Made by a program: the position numbers and the translations under genes
Notes under the pieces: generated by a model
Told to the model about the DNA's origin: nothing
The model's database searches: none
What the model saw: the letters and a program-made list of their open reading frames with translations, nothing else
Shown: positions 20,493 through 31,500 of the stretch, piece after piece
Layout of the letters: each line of letters opens with the position of its first letter
How positions within the stretch are numbered: position 1 is the stretch's first letter
From: an uncultured Planctomycetota bacterium
GTDB taxonomy: Bacteria; Planctomycetota; Planctomycetia; Pirellulales; Lacipirellulaceae
Reading direction: 5' to 3'
NCBI GenBank assembly: GCA_963847875.1
Contig: CAWKBR010000005.1
Location: 81,635 to 145,634 of the forward strand
DNA length: 64,000 bases

Positions 20493-22283
20493 TCACTTCT
20501 TCGGCTGATCCTCGGCCGGGCCGCCGCCGCGGGTGAGATTGCGGGCCGTGTTGATCAGCCCGACGTGCGAAAACGCCTGAGGGAAGTTGCCCAGCATCCG
20601 CCGGTCAACCGCGTCGTATTCCTCCGACAGCAAGCCGACGTCGTTGCGTAGCGCGAGCAATCGCTCGAACAGCTCGTGGGCCTCCGCCTCGCGGCCTTGC
20701 AGGGCCAAGTTGTCGGCCAGCCAAAACGTACAAATCAGGAAGGCCCCCTCGCGCGACGGTTGCCCCCCGGGGTCCGGATGATCCTCGTAGCGTTTGACGA
20801 AACCGTCGTGTGTGAGCTTCCGGCGGATATAGTCGACCGTGCCCAGCATCCGTGGATCGGTGGCCGGCAAAAAGCCTACCAGCGGCAAGAGCAGCAGGCT
20901 GGCATCTGCATCGGTCGATCCGTAGTGTTGCACAAACGAGTTCAGCTTCGAATCAAAGCCTTCGCGGCAGACCTCGTCGTGAATCTCCTGCCGCAGCTCG
21001 CGCCATTTCTTCGCGTCGCCGCTCATATTAAACTTCTCGACGGCCTTCACCGCCCGGTCGACTGCCACCCATGCCATCACCTTCGAATGGGTGAAATGTT
21101 GTCGCCCGCCGCGAACCTCCCAGATCCCATCGTCCGGCTCACGCCAATGGTCTTCGAGGAAGCGCATCATACACTGTCCGAGTTGCCACGCGTTTTCGTC
21201 CGCTTCGAGCCCCATGCGGCGGGCTACGTGCATCGCATCCATCAGCTCACCGTAGACGTCGAGCTGGAACTGCTGATGTGCCGCGTTCCCGATCCGCACC
21301 GGTCGCGAACTCTCGTAACCCACCAGCCAGTCGAGTTCCAGTTCCACCAGCCGCCGTTCACCCGACAGGCCGTACATGATCTGCAATTGGTCCGGACTGC
21401 CAGCGACGGCGTTCACCAGCCACTCGCGCCATGCGCGGGCCTCGCCGACATAGCCGCCAACCATCAGCGCGTCGAGCGTGAACGAAGCGTCGCGGACCCA
21501 GCAGTAGCGGTAGTCCCAGTTGTGAGTACCCCCCAACGCCTCGGGGAGCGAAGTCGTCGCGGCCGCGGCGATCCCGCCCGTCGGTGCGTAGGTGAGCGAC
21601 TTGAGCGTGATCAACGATCGTACGACTGCGTCGCGCCATTCCCCTTGGTAGGTGCACTGCCGGGACCAGTCTTCCCACCAGGACTGCGTCTCGCGGAGGC
21701 TTGCTTCGGGGTCGATCCCCCGCGGCTCCGGCTCGTGCGTGGGCCGCCAGGTGAGCGTGAAGGCGACTCGCTCGCCCTCACCGACCGTGAAATCGGCGAC
21801 CGTGTGCAAGTTTTCGCCGCGCTGGTCAACGCGCGAGCGGCAATACAGCGTGTCCGGCCCCGCCGTCGCGCGGATCCCATCCGGAATGCTCCGCACCCAC
21901 GGCACGATCGACCCGTAGTCGTAGCGAATGGTCAACTGCGACTGAAACGCGACCCGGCCGCGGCGGCCTTCCACGATCCGCACCACGTCCGGAAAGTCGG
22001 TACGCACCGGCATGAAGTCGATCACCGTGGCCAGGCCGCCATCGGTCTCGAAGTCGGTTTCCAACACCAGCGTGCCATCGCGATAACGCCGGCGCACGAC
22101 GCGGACGTTCTCCACCGGCGCGATCTGCCAACGACCATTCTCCGGCCCGCCCAACAGCGCGGCAAAACAGGCGGGCGAGTCGAACCGGGGAAAACAGAGC
22201 CAGTCGATCGACCCGTCGCGACCCACGAGCGCGGCCGTCTGGCAATCGCCAATGAGAGCGTAGTCTTCGATACGCGAAGTCAT
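20493..22283 (-). CDS. Glycoside hydrolase family 15 (glucoamylase/trehalase-like)
   Basis: Intact 596-aa ORF. The N-terminus IEDYALIGDCQTAALVGRDGSIDWLCFPRFDSPACFAALLG and the later ...WDYRYCWVRDASFTL... are hallmarks of bacterial GH15 enzymes. Confidence 0.9.
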   Translation of the reverse strand: MTSRIEDYALIGDCQTAALVGRDGSIDWLCFPRFDSPACFAALLGGPENGRWQIAPVENVRVVRRRYRDGTLVLETDFETDGGLATVIDFMPVRTDFPDVVRIVEGRRGRVAFQSQLTIRYDYGSIVPWVRSIPDGIRATAGPDTLYCRSRVDQRGENLHTVADFTVGEGERVAFTLTWRPTHEPEPRGIDPEASLRETQSWWEDWSRQCTYQGEWRDAVVRSLITLKSLTYAPTGGIAAAATTSLPEALGGTHNWDYRYCWVRDASFTLDALMVGGYVGEARAWREWLVNAVAGSPDQLQIMYGLSGERRLVELELDWLVGYESSRPVRIGNAAHQQFQLDVYGELMDAMHVARRMGLEADENAWQLGQCMMRFLEDHWREPDDGIWEVRGGRQHFTHSKVMAWVAVDRAVKAVEKFNMSGDAKKWRELRQEIHDEVCREGFDSKLNSFVQHYGSTDADASLLLLPLVGFLPATDPRMLGTVDYIRRKLTHDGFVKRYEDHPDPGGQPSREGAFLICTFWLADNLALQGREAEAHELFERLLALRNDVGLLSEEYDAVDRRMLGNFPQAFSHVGLINTARNLTRGGGPAEDQPKK

Positions 22284-22430
22284 CGGCGGAGAGCCTCTCG
22301 CGACTAGGACAAGCAGAATAGAACGACGAGAGGCGCTCTCGCAGTCGAGGCGACCTTCGACACACGCCCCCAGTCTATCACAGCCACCTTCACTCGGTCA
22401 AAACCGCACACGTCGGCTCCGACTGCGCTA

Positions 22431-24167
22431 CTATTGCGGCGCACTGCCAGCGGGAACTGCACCGCGGGCTTTGGCCACGACGTCGCCGATGGCCCGCAGC
22501 GTCTCGGCCGTGACAACCAATTGACCCTCGACGCCGGATGGAGACACCTTCGCCGCCATGCCAACCGGCGGACTGTCGGGAAAGTCCGGAATCGCCGCCG
22601 GCCGCGCTCCAGGAATAGCCGCGGCGAATTGCTGCACGACTTTGGCCATGCCGCCGAGGCTGACATAGGCGACGAATTGCGATCCCTCAGGCAGCATCGC
22701 CGCGACTTGGGCGACGCTGGGGTCGCTTGATAGCCCTCGCTGCTTGGACTTGTAGAAATCGATCGCCGATTTCAAACGCTCCAGCGACGTGTAGCACATG
22801 ACAATGGTGTGCCCGTCGACCGGCGCGAGAAAGATCTTCATCTGGCCGCCGGGGCCCATCATCATCTGCATCATCTTTTGCGGGTCGGGTCCGCCTGGTG
22901 TGGTGAGCTGATTCATGTACGAGAGGTCCATCGAGACTTCCAACACGTCCGTTTCACCGAGCTGGACGTGTTGGCACGTCGCCACGGGGATCGCGGAATT
23001 CTTCACTTCGTCAGCAAACTCCCGCAGCGCGGCCAGCGTCTTTTCGTAACCCTCGATCAAACGCTGGGAATCCTCGCAGGTGAACACCGCCGTCGTGTTG
23101 CCGTAGAATCCCGTTCCCGGCTCGCTGACCCCAATCACCATGCCCATCGAGGTCATGCCGCTCATCGCACCCATCGAGAGCTTGGCATACTTTTCGGCCT
23201 GCTCGGGCGTGAGCTTGTACATCGGCATCTCTTGCATCATTTGCGCCGAGTACTTTATGAATGGTTCCAACGATCCTGGCGGAACGACGCCCCCCATCGC
23301 CACGACAAACGGCCCGGCCGGCAGACCCGTCAGGAAATCCGCCGCGGCCGGCTTCACGTCCGCGGCCCATTTCGCCCAGGCGCCGTCGGGCGTGAACTGC
23401 ATCCGCTTGACGATTTCGACGTTCTGCCCCGAGTCGATCCGAAATCCGACGCTGAACTCGTCCACTTCCGGCTCGGCCACCGTAAGTAGCTGGGCGTACA
23501 TGTCCAGCGCGTGGGCCCCGGGCTGTCCCTTCTCTCCCATCTGACGCATCTGCCCTTGGATGGCGCGAATCCCCGTGATGATTTTGGGAACGGACTGCCG
23601 GATGCCGCTCGACGTCACAACGACGCTGGCCTGATTGGCGTCGAGCCACGCGGCGAGTGAGGCATCGCTCGAAAGATTCGTCGTCGCCGAGACAACCTGT
23701 TCCAAGACGTCCCGATTCGCCGAGTCAGCAATCGCGGCGTAGTTCCCTTTCCGCGCGACGAGCTTTGGCTTGCCGACCAGTTGAACTTCGACGGCCCCCG
23801 TCGCCGGTTCCGTCACGTTGAGGGCCGCGTAGAAGTCGGCGAAGTTGGCCACCGGCACCAGCAACACGCCCTTGGGTGCCGGGTCGACGCTCATTAGCAC
23901 GATCGCCATGTCGCCTTGCTCATTGACCCCTTTTTCCAGGCCGACGACCCGCTTGGCCAGATTGAGCAGTGCGGGCGCCGGCGCGTGCACGAGCTTCGCC
24001 ACCTCGTCGACGCGGCCGCTCGCATCAGCCAAGTCGTGCACGACCGCGAAACCAATCGCGTCGGCCGGGATCACGTTCAAGATGCCGTCCCGCCCGTGCG
24101 CCTCCCCGCCGACCAAACCAACGAGCAAGCACTGGGCCATCAACACGCACTGCATGGCAAGTCTCAT
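22431..24167 (-). CDS. Secreted hypothetical protein (578 aa)
   Basis: Intact ORF with a signal peptide (MRLAMQCVLMAQCLLVGLVGGEAHG). It has a Met/Gln-rich stretch (PDPQKMMQMMMGPGGQM) and no motif I can assign. Confidence 0.6.
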   Translation of the reverse strand: MRLAMQCVLMAQCLLVGLVGGEAHGRDGILNVIPADAIGFAVVHDLADASGRVDEVAKLVHAPAPALLNLAKRVVGLEKGVNEQGDMAIVLMSVDPAPKGVLLVPVANFADFYAALNVTEPATGAVEVQLVGKPKLVARKGNYAAIADSANRDVLEQVVSATTNLSSDASLAAWLDANQASVVVTSSGIRQSVPKIITGIRAIQGQMRQMGEKGQPGAHALDMYAQLLTVAEPEVDEFSVGFRIDSGQNVEIVKRMQFTPDGAWAKWAADVKPAAADFLTGLPAGPFVVAMGGVVPPGSLEPFIKYSAQMMQEMPMYKLTPEQAEKYAKLSMGAMSGMTSMGMVIGVSEPGTGFYGNTTAVFTCEDSQRLIEGYEKTLAALREFADEVKNSAIPVATCQHVQLGETDVLEVSMDLSYMNQLTTPGGPDPQKMMQMMMGPGGQMKIFLAPVDGHTIVMCYTSLERLKSAIDFYKSKQRGLSSDPSVAQVAAMLPEGSQFVAYVSLGGMAKVVQQFAAAIPGARPAAIPDFPDSPPVGMAAKVSPSGVEGQLVVTAETLRAIGDVVAKARGAVPAGSAPQ

Positions 24168-24307
24168 CGCATGATCTCCTAAGTTTGCGGGGCGCTGTTC
24201 AACAAAGCATGGTTTCGTCGCAGACGACGTCCGCTGCGAACTCGCATTCCGGAACCTACGCCAGCATAACCTGCTGGGCCGCCGAAATACAGAGTCGCGT
24301 CATCCGC

Positions 24308-24364
24308 GGATCATTCGGTAACAGCCCAGGCATCAAAGAGGTCAGCGCCGGCGGCGACGCGCAC
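24308..24364 (+). repeat. REP-like repeat, copy C (more diverged)
   Basis: GGATCATTCGGTAACAGCCCAGGCATCAAAGAGGTCAGCGCCGGCGGCGACGCGCAC. Confidence 0.5.
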
Positions 24365-24517
24365 AAAAGGCATTTGTCCCGGAGCAACGGGCCGAGAGCA
24401 ATCCTGTTCCGGCCTTCCGCCTTTGACTCTCTGCCTTCTGCTCCATAATTCTGCTCTATGAGGCGTCGAGGAAATATCTACGAATTCATCACACACTGGT
24501 AGCTGGCGACGGCGCGT

Positions 24518-24526
24518 TGCTATAAT
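24518..24526 (+). promoter_or_regulatory. Extended -10 promoter element (TGCTATAAT) upstream of the NTF2-like gene
   Basis: TGnTATAAT is a perfect match at 24518-24526, about 75 nt upstream of the ATG at 24601, which is preceded by GGAGGA. There is no good -35, which is acceptable for extended -10 promoters. Confidence 0.45.
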
Positions 24527-24600
24527 CGCCTCAATTCCGAGCCGCGATTGGTTCCGGGATCAGCCTGGTGGGAAATCTCGATTTGAATGGAGGAACGCGT

Positions 24601-25062
24601 ATGTTTCCGAAAACTGGCCGATGCATGGTTTTCACCTCGCTGGTCGCTGCGACTGCTTGCGTTGCCTTGGCCCAGGGAATCACTTCCCAGGACAAGCTGC
24701 AAGAATCTTTGGTGGCGCAGGAAACCAAGGTGTTGAATGCGATCGAAATGCAGGACAGGGCAGCACTCGCGGAACTGCTCCACGACCAGGTGATGTCGAT
24801 TTCGGTAGAGCGCGGGCGACAGATGACAGCGGACCAGATTGCCGACCTCGCGTCGGTGTCGGTCAAGGATATGAGGATGGGCGAGGCGAAGACGATTCAG
24901 GTAACGCCGGACGTTGCCATTCTCAGTTTCAAGCTGTCGTGGACGAGCGATGATGGTCAGGAAAAGCCGGCGACAACTACCGTGTACGCCACGATCGTGT
25001 GGAAGCAGGTCAACGGCCAGTGGCGATCGGTGTTCTACCAGGAGACGCCTGTAGTGAAGTGA
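24601..25062 (+). CDS. NTF2-like/DUF4440 (SnoaL-like) protein with signal peptide
   Basis: GGAGGA plus 6 nt precedes the ATG. The signal peptide is MFPKTGRCMVFTSLVAATACVALAQG. The body (...LLHDQVMSISVERGRQMTADQI...VYATIVWKQVNGQWRSVFYQETPV) fits the DUF4440 pattern. Confidence 0.7.
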   Translation: MFPKTGRCMVFTSLVAATACVALAQGITSQDKLQESLVAQETKVLNAIEMQDRAALAELLHDQVMSISVERGRQMTADQIADLASVSVKDMRMGEAKTIQVTPDVAILSFKLSWTSDDGQEKPATTTVYATIVWKQVNGQWRSVFYQETPVVK

Positions 25063-25126
25063 CGCTGCCGGAACTGGGCAAACATCGTGCGCCGATGCAG
25101 AAAGTTTGCCTGTGTCTTCGTGAGTT

Positions 25127-26197
25127 TTGTCGGCAAGCAGAACGTGCTCACCTGGGGAGCAAGTCGTGGATCCGAATCATTTACCCGTGGGCGATTCTTC
25201 GCCCTATCACCAGGCGCTCGCACAATCTGTCGATCACTGGGGGCTCGTTCCGGAGAAGACGGAGTTAATCCGCGACGGCATCAATCACGTGTTCGGCACG
25301 GAGTCCGCGGAGGGAGCCCCGGTCATTATCCGCATCAGCGATGGCGCGATTCGCCCACGCGGCGAGCTGCTAGGAGAATTGCTCTGGCTCGATCACCTGA
25401 TCCGCCATTGCTGCACGGTCACCACGCCAATCGCTTCACGCCGGGGAGAGCTGCTGGAGACGATCGAACTGGAGGAGGACACCATGCACGTCAGCTGCTT
25501 CAAGCGTTTCGGCGGTCGGGAACTCAATCCGGCGACCGATTCCCGGTGGAATGACGAGCTGTTTTTGAACCTCGGCCGCGAGATTGGCCGCATCCATCGC
25601 GCTTCGGACGATTTGCACTTACCTGCTGACCGGGATCGCTTGCCTTGGTACGAGGGAAAGCTCACGCAAATTCCCGATCCGCTTCCCAAGAGTTTCAACC
25701 CGCGCGTCACGGAAGCCATGCGGGCGTTCATCGATGAGTTGCGCGGGCGGCCGACACCGCCTCGTCACTATGGGCTCGTCCACCGAGATCTTCACGCGGG
25801 GAACTTTCTGGTCGAGGAGGGCCAGGTGGAAATCATCGACTTCGACCTCGGCTGCTACGGCTGGCGGACGATGGACTTTGCGGTTTTGCTCTTCGGGCAC
25901 TACTACTATCCCAGTTTTCGCGTGCCGCACGCATGTCCCGAGTTGGCCGGACACGTCCTGGCAATGCTGGTGCGGGGCTACCGCGTCGAATACGCTCTCG
26001 ACCGCGAACAGTTGGACACGGTTGGAGACATGATCCTACTGCACAGCATTCTCAACTACGTCGTCATCGCGCCGGCAGTCGAGCATTGGCAGATCGCCAT
26101 GGGCAACCCAGAGCCGCCCGTGACGGACAGCCTAGCGTGGATCGAACGCCTCTGGCTCGACGGCGACAAACTGCAGGTCGATCTCAGCCAGCTATAG
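25127..26197 (+). CDS. Phosphotransferase (APH/choline-kinase-like) family protein
   Basis: It has the catalytic loop LVHRDLHAGNFLV and the metal-binding IIDFDLG. An alternative GTG start at 25166 follows GGGGAG. Confidence 0.75.
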   Translation: MSASRTCSPGEQVVDPNHLPVGDSSPYHQALAQSVDHWGLVPEKTELIRDGINHVFGTESAEGAPVIIRISDGAIRPRGELLGELLWLDHLIRHCCTVTTPIASRRGELLETIELEEDTMHVSCFKRFGGRELNPATDSRWNDELFLNLGREIGRIHRASDDLHLPADRDRLPWYEGKLTQIPDPLPKSFNPRVTEAMRAFIDELRGRPTPPRHYGLVHRDLHAGNFLVEEGQVEIIDFDLGCYGWRTMDFAVLLFGHYYYPSFRVPHACPELAGHVLAMLVRGYRVEYALDREQLDTVGDMILLHSILNYVVIAPAVEHWQIAMGNPEPPVTDSLAWIERLWLDGDKLQVDLSQL

Positions 26198-26276
26198 CTG
26201 AGCGAGAAATGCTGCACAGCCGGGGAAAGCCAAGATGTGATGGAGTCCGATTTTCAGCGGATGACGCCCGTCTACT

Positions 26277-26438
26277 TTAGTTGCCATTGCTTTCGTTATT
26301 TCCCGGGTGCTCCTCAATCGCCCAAATGTCTCGGTGCAGACCAAAGCCCGTCGCCGCGTAGCTGACAAGTTGCTCAAGTGTGCGAAAGTAGCCGATATCG
26401 CCAACCGATCCGGATTTATGGACATAGCTGAGGTACAT
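26277..26438 (-). CDS. Possible small ORF (53 aa), function unknown
   Basis: GGAGGAAGG plus 1 nt precedes the ATG at 26438. The product is MYLSYVHKSGSVGDIGYFRTLEQLVSYAATGFGLHRDIWAIEEHPGNNESNGN. It is below the ORF-track size cutoff and I recognise no homolog. It lies 46 bp from the IS4 target duplication. Confidence 0.25.
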   Translation of the reverse strand: MYLSYVHKSGSVGDIGYFRTLEQLVSYAATGFGLHRDIWAIEEHPGNNESNGN

Positions 26439-26492
26439 GCCTTCCTCCGGGAGATATCGAATCGCCCATCACATTGGATTTGACTCCCGTCC

Positions 26493-27980
26493 CAATCCTG
26501 TTCGGCGCGGCGGTTGCAGTTGAGTCTGACGCGATGCTTTTGGCTTGGCCAGTGATGGGGTTGCGAGTCGACAGGCACTTCCCCGAGAGACGTCGCGGGG
26601 GAAGTTCTGGGGAGTGGGGCTGCTCTGGCGCGCAGCGTCAAGGGGCTCGTGTCCGCCGAACGTGGAGCGGCCGAGTTTTTCAAGCGTCGTGATTTTTCAG
26701 TTTGGCCAGATGAGCCAGTAGTTCGTCCTCGTCGGCCAGGCCAGAGAAGTAATAGCAGATCATCTCGTAGGTCCGCAGCGTCGGCTTGCGGCCGGTGGTG
26801 AGGCTGATCAGCATGCAAGCGATGATCGCCGCGTAGGTCTGGATTTCGATGCCGCGGCGGTCGTCGCTGAGCAAATGCCGACAGCCTAACACGTGCTTGA
26901 AGAAGCGGAAGAACAGCTCGATCGTGAAGCGGTGCTGATACAGCACGGCAATGATTTCGGCCGGCGGATCGACGAGGTTGGTGGCAATTCGCAAAATGCC
27001 GTCGCTGGGGCCTGCTCCCGTGTTGCCTTTGCGGTGGGAACGCTTCTCGTGCGGCTCGATGCGGACCATCACCAGCCGCAGCGGGTGATCGGGCCGCGCT
27101 GCGGGAGGCTTGGTGTGTCCCAATCTCACGATCTGGTCGCTCAACACGCCTGCCGAGAGTGCTTCGTCCGAGAGGGGTCGCTCTTCAACGACTTTCGGCA
27201 TCGTGTTGTCGCGGAGGCGGCAGACGTAGCTGCTGCCGGCACGATGAATGTCGTTAAACAGCGTAAACTGGGCGTACCAGCGATCCATCACGTAGCAGCG
27301 GTCGGCTGCGAGGTGTGTCCGGAGCACGGTCTTTTCGTCGGAAGGGCCGCTGTTGCGGCCGTTCGTGAGATCCATCCGTAGCGGCACGTGCTTGTCGAGT
27401 TCGAACTGCGTGTGCAATCGCCAGGCATGATGCACGGTGCCGGTGCGAGTGGTAAGCCACATCGCTTCGGTGATGCGGGGCAAGGCTTTGAGGAGTGTGC
27501 CGTCGACCAGCGTCACCGTGTGCTTGATTTCGGCGAGCCGCGTGTCGGCGGCAATCGGCTGCAATTGAGCGCCCAGCTCGCCGACGACTTCTCGGAGCAG
27601 TTCGGGGTCAAAGACATGGCTCGATTCTGAGAGCGAGCCCAAGGACGCCCGGGCACAGCCGAGCTTCTTCTGCACCTTCTTCAGCTCGCTCGCCTGCTGC
27701 AAGGAACGCAGCGAAACGACGACCGGATTGAACAGGTAGAGCAGAATCAGCGAGCAGTACTGGTCCATGGTGAGCGTACGATTGCCGGCCTTATCCCGCT
27801 CGCAGCCCACCCCGCGCAACCGCTCAAACAAGGGCAGCAGCCGCCGAAAGTACTTCAGCCCCACCACGTCCTCGTCGGTCACATCCTTCCTTCGCTGCGT
27901 CATGCAGCCTAACATGCGCTAAAACAACCGAGGGCGCAAGAGTAAAATTCAATGCGCAAATCTCGTGCCGAACAGGATTG
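26493..27980 (-). mobile_element. Intact IS4-like insertion sequence (1488 bp) with 9-bp target site duplication
   Basis: The terminal inverted repeats are CAATCCTGTTCGGC (26493-26506) and GCCGAACAGGATTG (27967-27980), 14/14 and extendable to 17 with one mismatch. The flanking direct repeat CTCCCGTCC is at 26484-26492 and 27981-27989. Confidence 0.9.
26680..27915 (-). CDS. IS4-like DDE transposase (411 aa, intact)
   Basis: It carries the DDE_Tnp_1-type signature, including the Y-x2-R-x3-E-x6-K block YQHRFTIELFFRFFK, plus ...TVTLVDGTLLKAL... and ...RCYVMDRWYAQFTLF. Confidence 0.9.
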   Translation of the reverse strand: MLGCMTQRRKDVTDEDVVGLKYFRRLLPLFERLRGVGCERDKAGNRTLTMDQYCSLILLYLFNPVVVSLRSLQQASELKKVQKKLGCARASLGSLSESSHVFDPELLREVVGELGAQLQPIAADTRLAEIKHTVTLVDGTLLKALPRITEAMWLTTRTGTVHHAWRLHTQFELDKHVPLRMDLTNGRNSGPSDEKTVLRTHLAADRCYVMDRWYAQFTLFNDIHRAGSSYVCRLRDNTMPKVVEERPLSDEALSAGVLSDQIVRLGHTKPPAARPDHPLRLVMVRIEPHEKRSHRKGNTGAGPSDGILRIATNLVDPPAEIIAVLYQHRFTIELFFRFFKHVLGCRHLLSDDRRGIEIQTYAAIIACMLISLTTGRKPTLRTYEMICYYFSGLADEDELLAHLAKLKNHDA

Positions 27981-28140
27981 CTCCCGTCCCCTTAAATTTT
28001 TCCCAAGACAAATGACGAGGGATAAAGAAAGGGCGCGAGGCGGGGCAGCCTTCAACACGTTCCAACAGTGTACCACAGTCGCTCGCGCTCGGTCAAAAAC
28101 GGCATAACAAAGTGGCGCGCCAAGCCGCCCGAGTGGTGAG

Positions 28141-28200
28141 CGGAGCATTCACCAACGGGCCGCACATCAAGTACGTTAGCGCCGTCGGCCACGACGGAAC
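28141..28200 (+). repeat. REP-like repeat, copy D (diverged)
   Basis: CGGAGCATTCACCAACGGGCCGCACATCAAGTACGTTAGCGCCGTCGGCCACGACGGAAC. The downstream CCCGGCCCGACCGCTCCC matches the tail of copy B. Confidence 0.5.
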
Positions 28201-28541
28201 AGCGCCTACCCGGCCCGACCGCTCCCAGTTTTTTTTTGCGCCGCAGGCGTGATACTCCAAAGCCCGGGGGTTCGGTCGCTTCGGCGACATATCCGAATTG
28301 CAGGTCTGTGGCGTTTGGCGGACGGCGTCTGGGAGAGCCGATTCCGACCGGGTCGAAAGAATCCCAACCGTCTCCCGGTATTTTCACAATGAAGCCGGAT
28401 TCAGCGCAACAGAGTGGCGAACGCCTTGTATTACGTCTATGCTAATTGCATCCTGACGGCTGGCGTACGCGCGTTAGAACGTTGGTCCGCAAACGACAAG
28501 TTGGCATTTCTCCCTATCTACCCGCCACGGAGATTGGAACG

Positions 28542-31500
28542 ATGTCGCCGATGAATTTGCGACGTATAACGCCGCTGGTGGAATTGTTCTTCTTGGCAGC
28601 CGCCACATTCCTGCAAACGGTTTTGACCGGCTGTGAACAACGCAGCGGCACCGCGACGCCGGTATCGACGAGTCCGTCGCCACCTTCGGTCACGCTAGGT
28701 GCCGTCGTGGGCTTGACCACGCATTGGTATCCCGACCGCGCTCAAAATGACGACGAAACCGAAAACAAACTCGTCCGCGAATTGGTGCGCCAAGGCGTGT
28801 TAATGGCCGTGCGCGAAGAATTGGGACTGGTGACGCGCGACGAAACACTAGAGGAGCCGCTTTCAAACGCGACCACGAAGACACGGGATACGGACAACGA
28901 CGCAGAATCACAGGCCGAACCGCTTGCGCTATCGCTGAACCTAGACGCAGGCGGATCTTGGGAGGCACGCTTATATGGTGCGGGAACCACGCAGGACAAC
29001 GCCGTGTGGCAGCATCAGGGCACGAGTGAGATGAACAAGCGGACGATCTATTGCCAGTTTGCGAAGCAAATGGACGAGCAATGCGCCGCCATCGCCGAAA
29101 AGTTGCGCCAGGCCGGCGCGGCGGGCGACACTCCGAAGTTGAATCCCGACAACAAACCGACGTCCGAAATCGAACAGCAGTTGGAATTGATGAACTTCGC
29201 GTCTCAATTCGCGGCGGTTCGCACAGCGCATCTGGCTATGCACAACGGCGGGCCCTCGATCGCTTGGATGGGCGTATTGGTGCGCGGCTACGCCAACTTG
29301 GCGATGCTCACCCAGCATACCTGGTCGACTCACTACGAGGCCTTCGCGGCTCGTTCGTTACTTTATGCGGAGCGGATGTGTCGCCTCAGCAACGCCGATG
29401 CGCTGGCCAGATGGCATCGCGCCTATGCGCGGGCCATCATCGGCGCACACTCAGCAGCAATTGACGAACTCGAGGGACTTGCCGGCGCGGGTGATCAGGA
29501 CGACGACATGCCACCCTGGACGCTCTTGGTCGAGCCGTACGTCCGTTTTGACAGGGCAAAACTCCCACAAATTGCCAAGGACCATCCGGAGCTAACACAA
29601 ACCGCGGCGCTCTTGAGCTGGAACCAGTGCCACTGCTACATGCATGGGCGATGGATTTACGAACAAGGCATCGCTACCGCACAAGTTTGTCCTGAGGCAT
29701 ACGGCGTCTATTCCGTAATGGCAAATTGGAACGCGCTGGGCACCAAGCGGACCGGCTCCGCGATGGGGACGAGGGCATTTGGAGAATTGCTGCCCCAGCG
29801 CGTGCTCACTCTAAAGAACCTGCCGCCCTTGGGGCTAACTCTGCATGACACCCTCCGCGACGTCGTACAACGGTTGCTGGGGTCGGAGCACGAGCGAGTG
29901 TTGAGCGACCGCCCGATCAGCATAGCTCAGGCACTGAAGATCGCTTCCGCAAGCGAACCGACACCGAGCGAATGTTCCTGGGCCATTCTCGCCGGATTGA
30001 TTGCCGAGGAACAGTTCGTCGAAGCTGCCGACATGCTTCACGTGTCCGGCGACGCGACGGAGCACTCCGACGCCTGGCTCGTCGAGGAGCTTACGCCACT
30101 GGTTGCCGGCCATCGCTACGCGGCCTACATTCGCAGTTTTGTCGCGCCGCCAAATGATCCGGAGCAGGCGGCGGAGATCCTGCGCGACATGACCGTCGTC
30201 GATCCGCGGGCACGGATGCGGCCGCTATTCAACCGCATCTGGCACACGCCGACCGCCGACGGCAAGAACGGCAACCAGTTGCAATGGCGGGCGATCTGGG
30301 AGCGGGACGCCGCGCTCCCTGATTTGCGCGACACCTACTACGGTCTCTCCGTGAGTTGGACGCAAGCGATTACGCCGGAGCACCGGCAACGATTCGCTCA
30401 AGACTTCCGTGACGTGAGCCCCGACGCTCCCAATGCGTTGCGACTGCAGTGGGAAACGGTGCCCAAACTCACTGCGGCCGACTTAGCCAAGTTTGAGCCG
30501 CAGCTCAAAGACGATCCCGTCGGATGGATGACGCTCGGCAGCTACTACTACCGACTCAACGATCTTGACTCGTCCGAGCGGTGCTTCAAACGATCCTTGG
30601 AAATCAGTCCTTGCTACGACGCGACCGTCGGCCTGGCCAACACCTAGTTACTACAAAAATAAGAAGGACCTCTGGCAATCGACACTCGAATCGTATCTCC
30701 TGGTCGAAGATTTGGGGCTAGCGCACGCCAACATTCACCTCCAAATCGCCGAACAGCACATCCGCGATCGTGCCTGGAAGAAAGCGAAGCCACATGCGGT
30801 CGCTGCGGCCGAGTCCTATTCTTGCGCGGGACTGCTGTTGGCGAGCAAGGCCTACGAAGGGCTGCAGGATTGGAAGAGATCGGAGTATTTCGCGGCCGAA
30901 GCCGCGAGAAGTTACCCGTCCTACTATAGTGGCACGAGCTGGTATTTTTGGTGCCGTCGCAACGGTCGAGGAGATTTAGACGCCGCTCGCGCCATTGCCG
31001 AACCAAGCATCAAATTGGCGTCGCAGCAAACTCGCTACGATGAAGCGTATCGCGTGTTCGTCTACCGCGTTCTCGAAGGCGACAAAGCGGCGGCGCTGGC
31101 CGGGCTCGACCAGCAGATTGCCACCTGCCTCGGCGGCGAGGCGACGTGGAATGTCCCTTGGCGGTTGCTGCACGTCATTGCTTTTGCCGCAGAGCTGCAT
31201 GACGAGGAACGCAAGCAGCAGGCGGTTGCCGAATTGAAGGCCTACGTCGAAAAAAACATCAAGCCGACGCGCCCTAATTGGGCGAACATCTACGACGATC
31301 TTAGCGCGGCATTCTGCGGCCAGCCGGTCGACGAGGAGTTCATAAGCGCGTTGGATCATGCGCTGTCAGGGGCCGCCGCCGAGTATCGCTGCAACTACTA
31401 CTACTTCCTGGGCGAGGCGCTCAATCAACTCGGCCAGACGAAGAAAGCCGAGTTCTATTGGCGGCGTGCAGCATTTGGCGGACCCTTTGACGCGCTCAAC

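Noticed and set aside
24396-24413. GAGCAATCCTGTTCCGGC resembling the IS4 terminus (possible solo IR)
   Set aside because: It is a single short match with an extra base. Part of the match is to flanking (TSD) sequence rather than to the IR itself. That is not enough to call an IS remnant.
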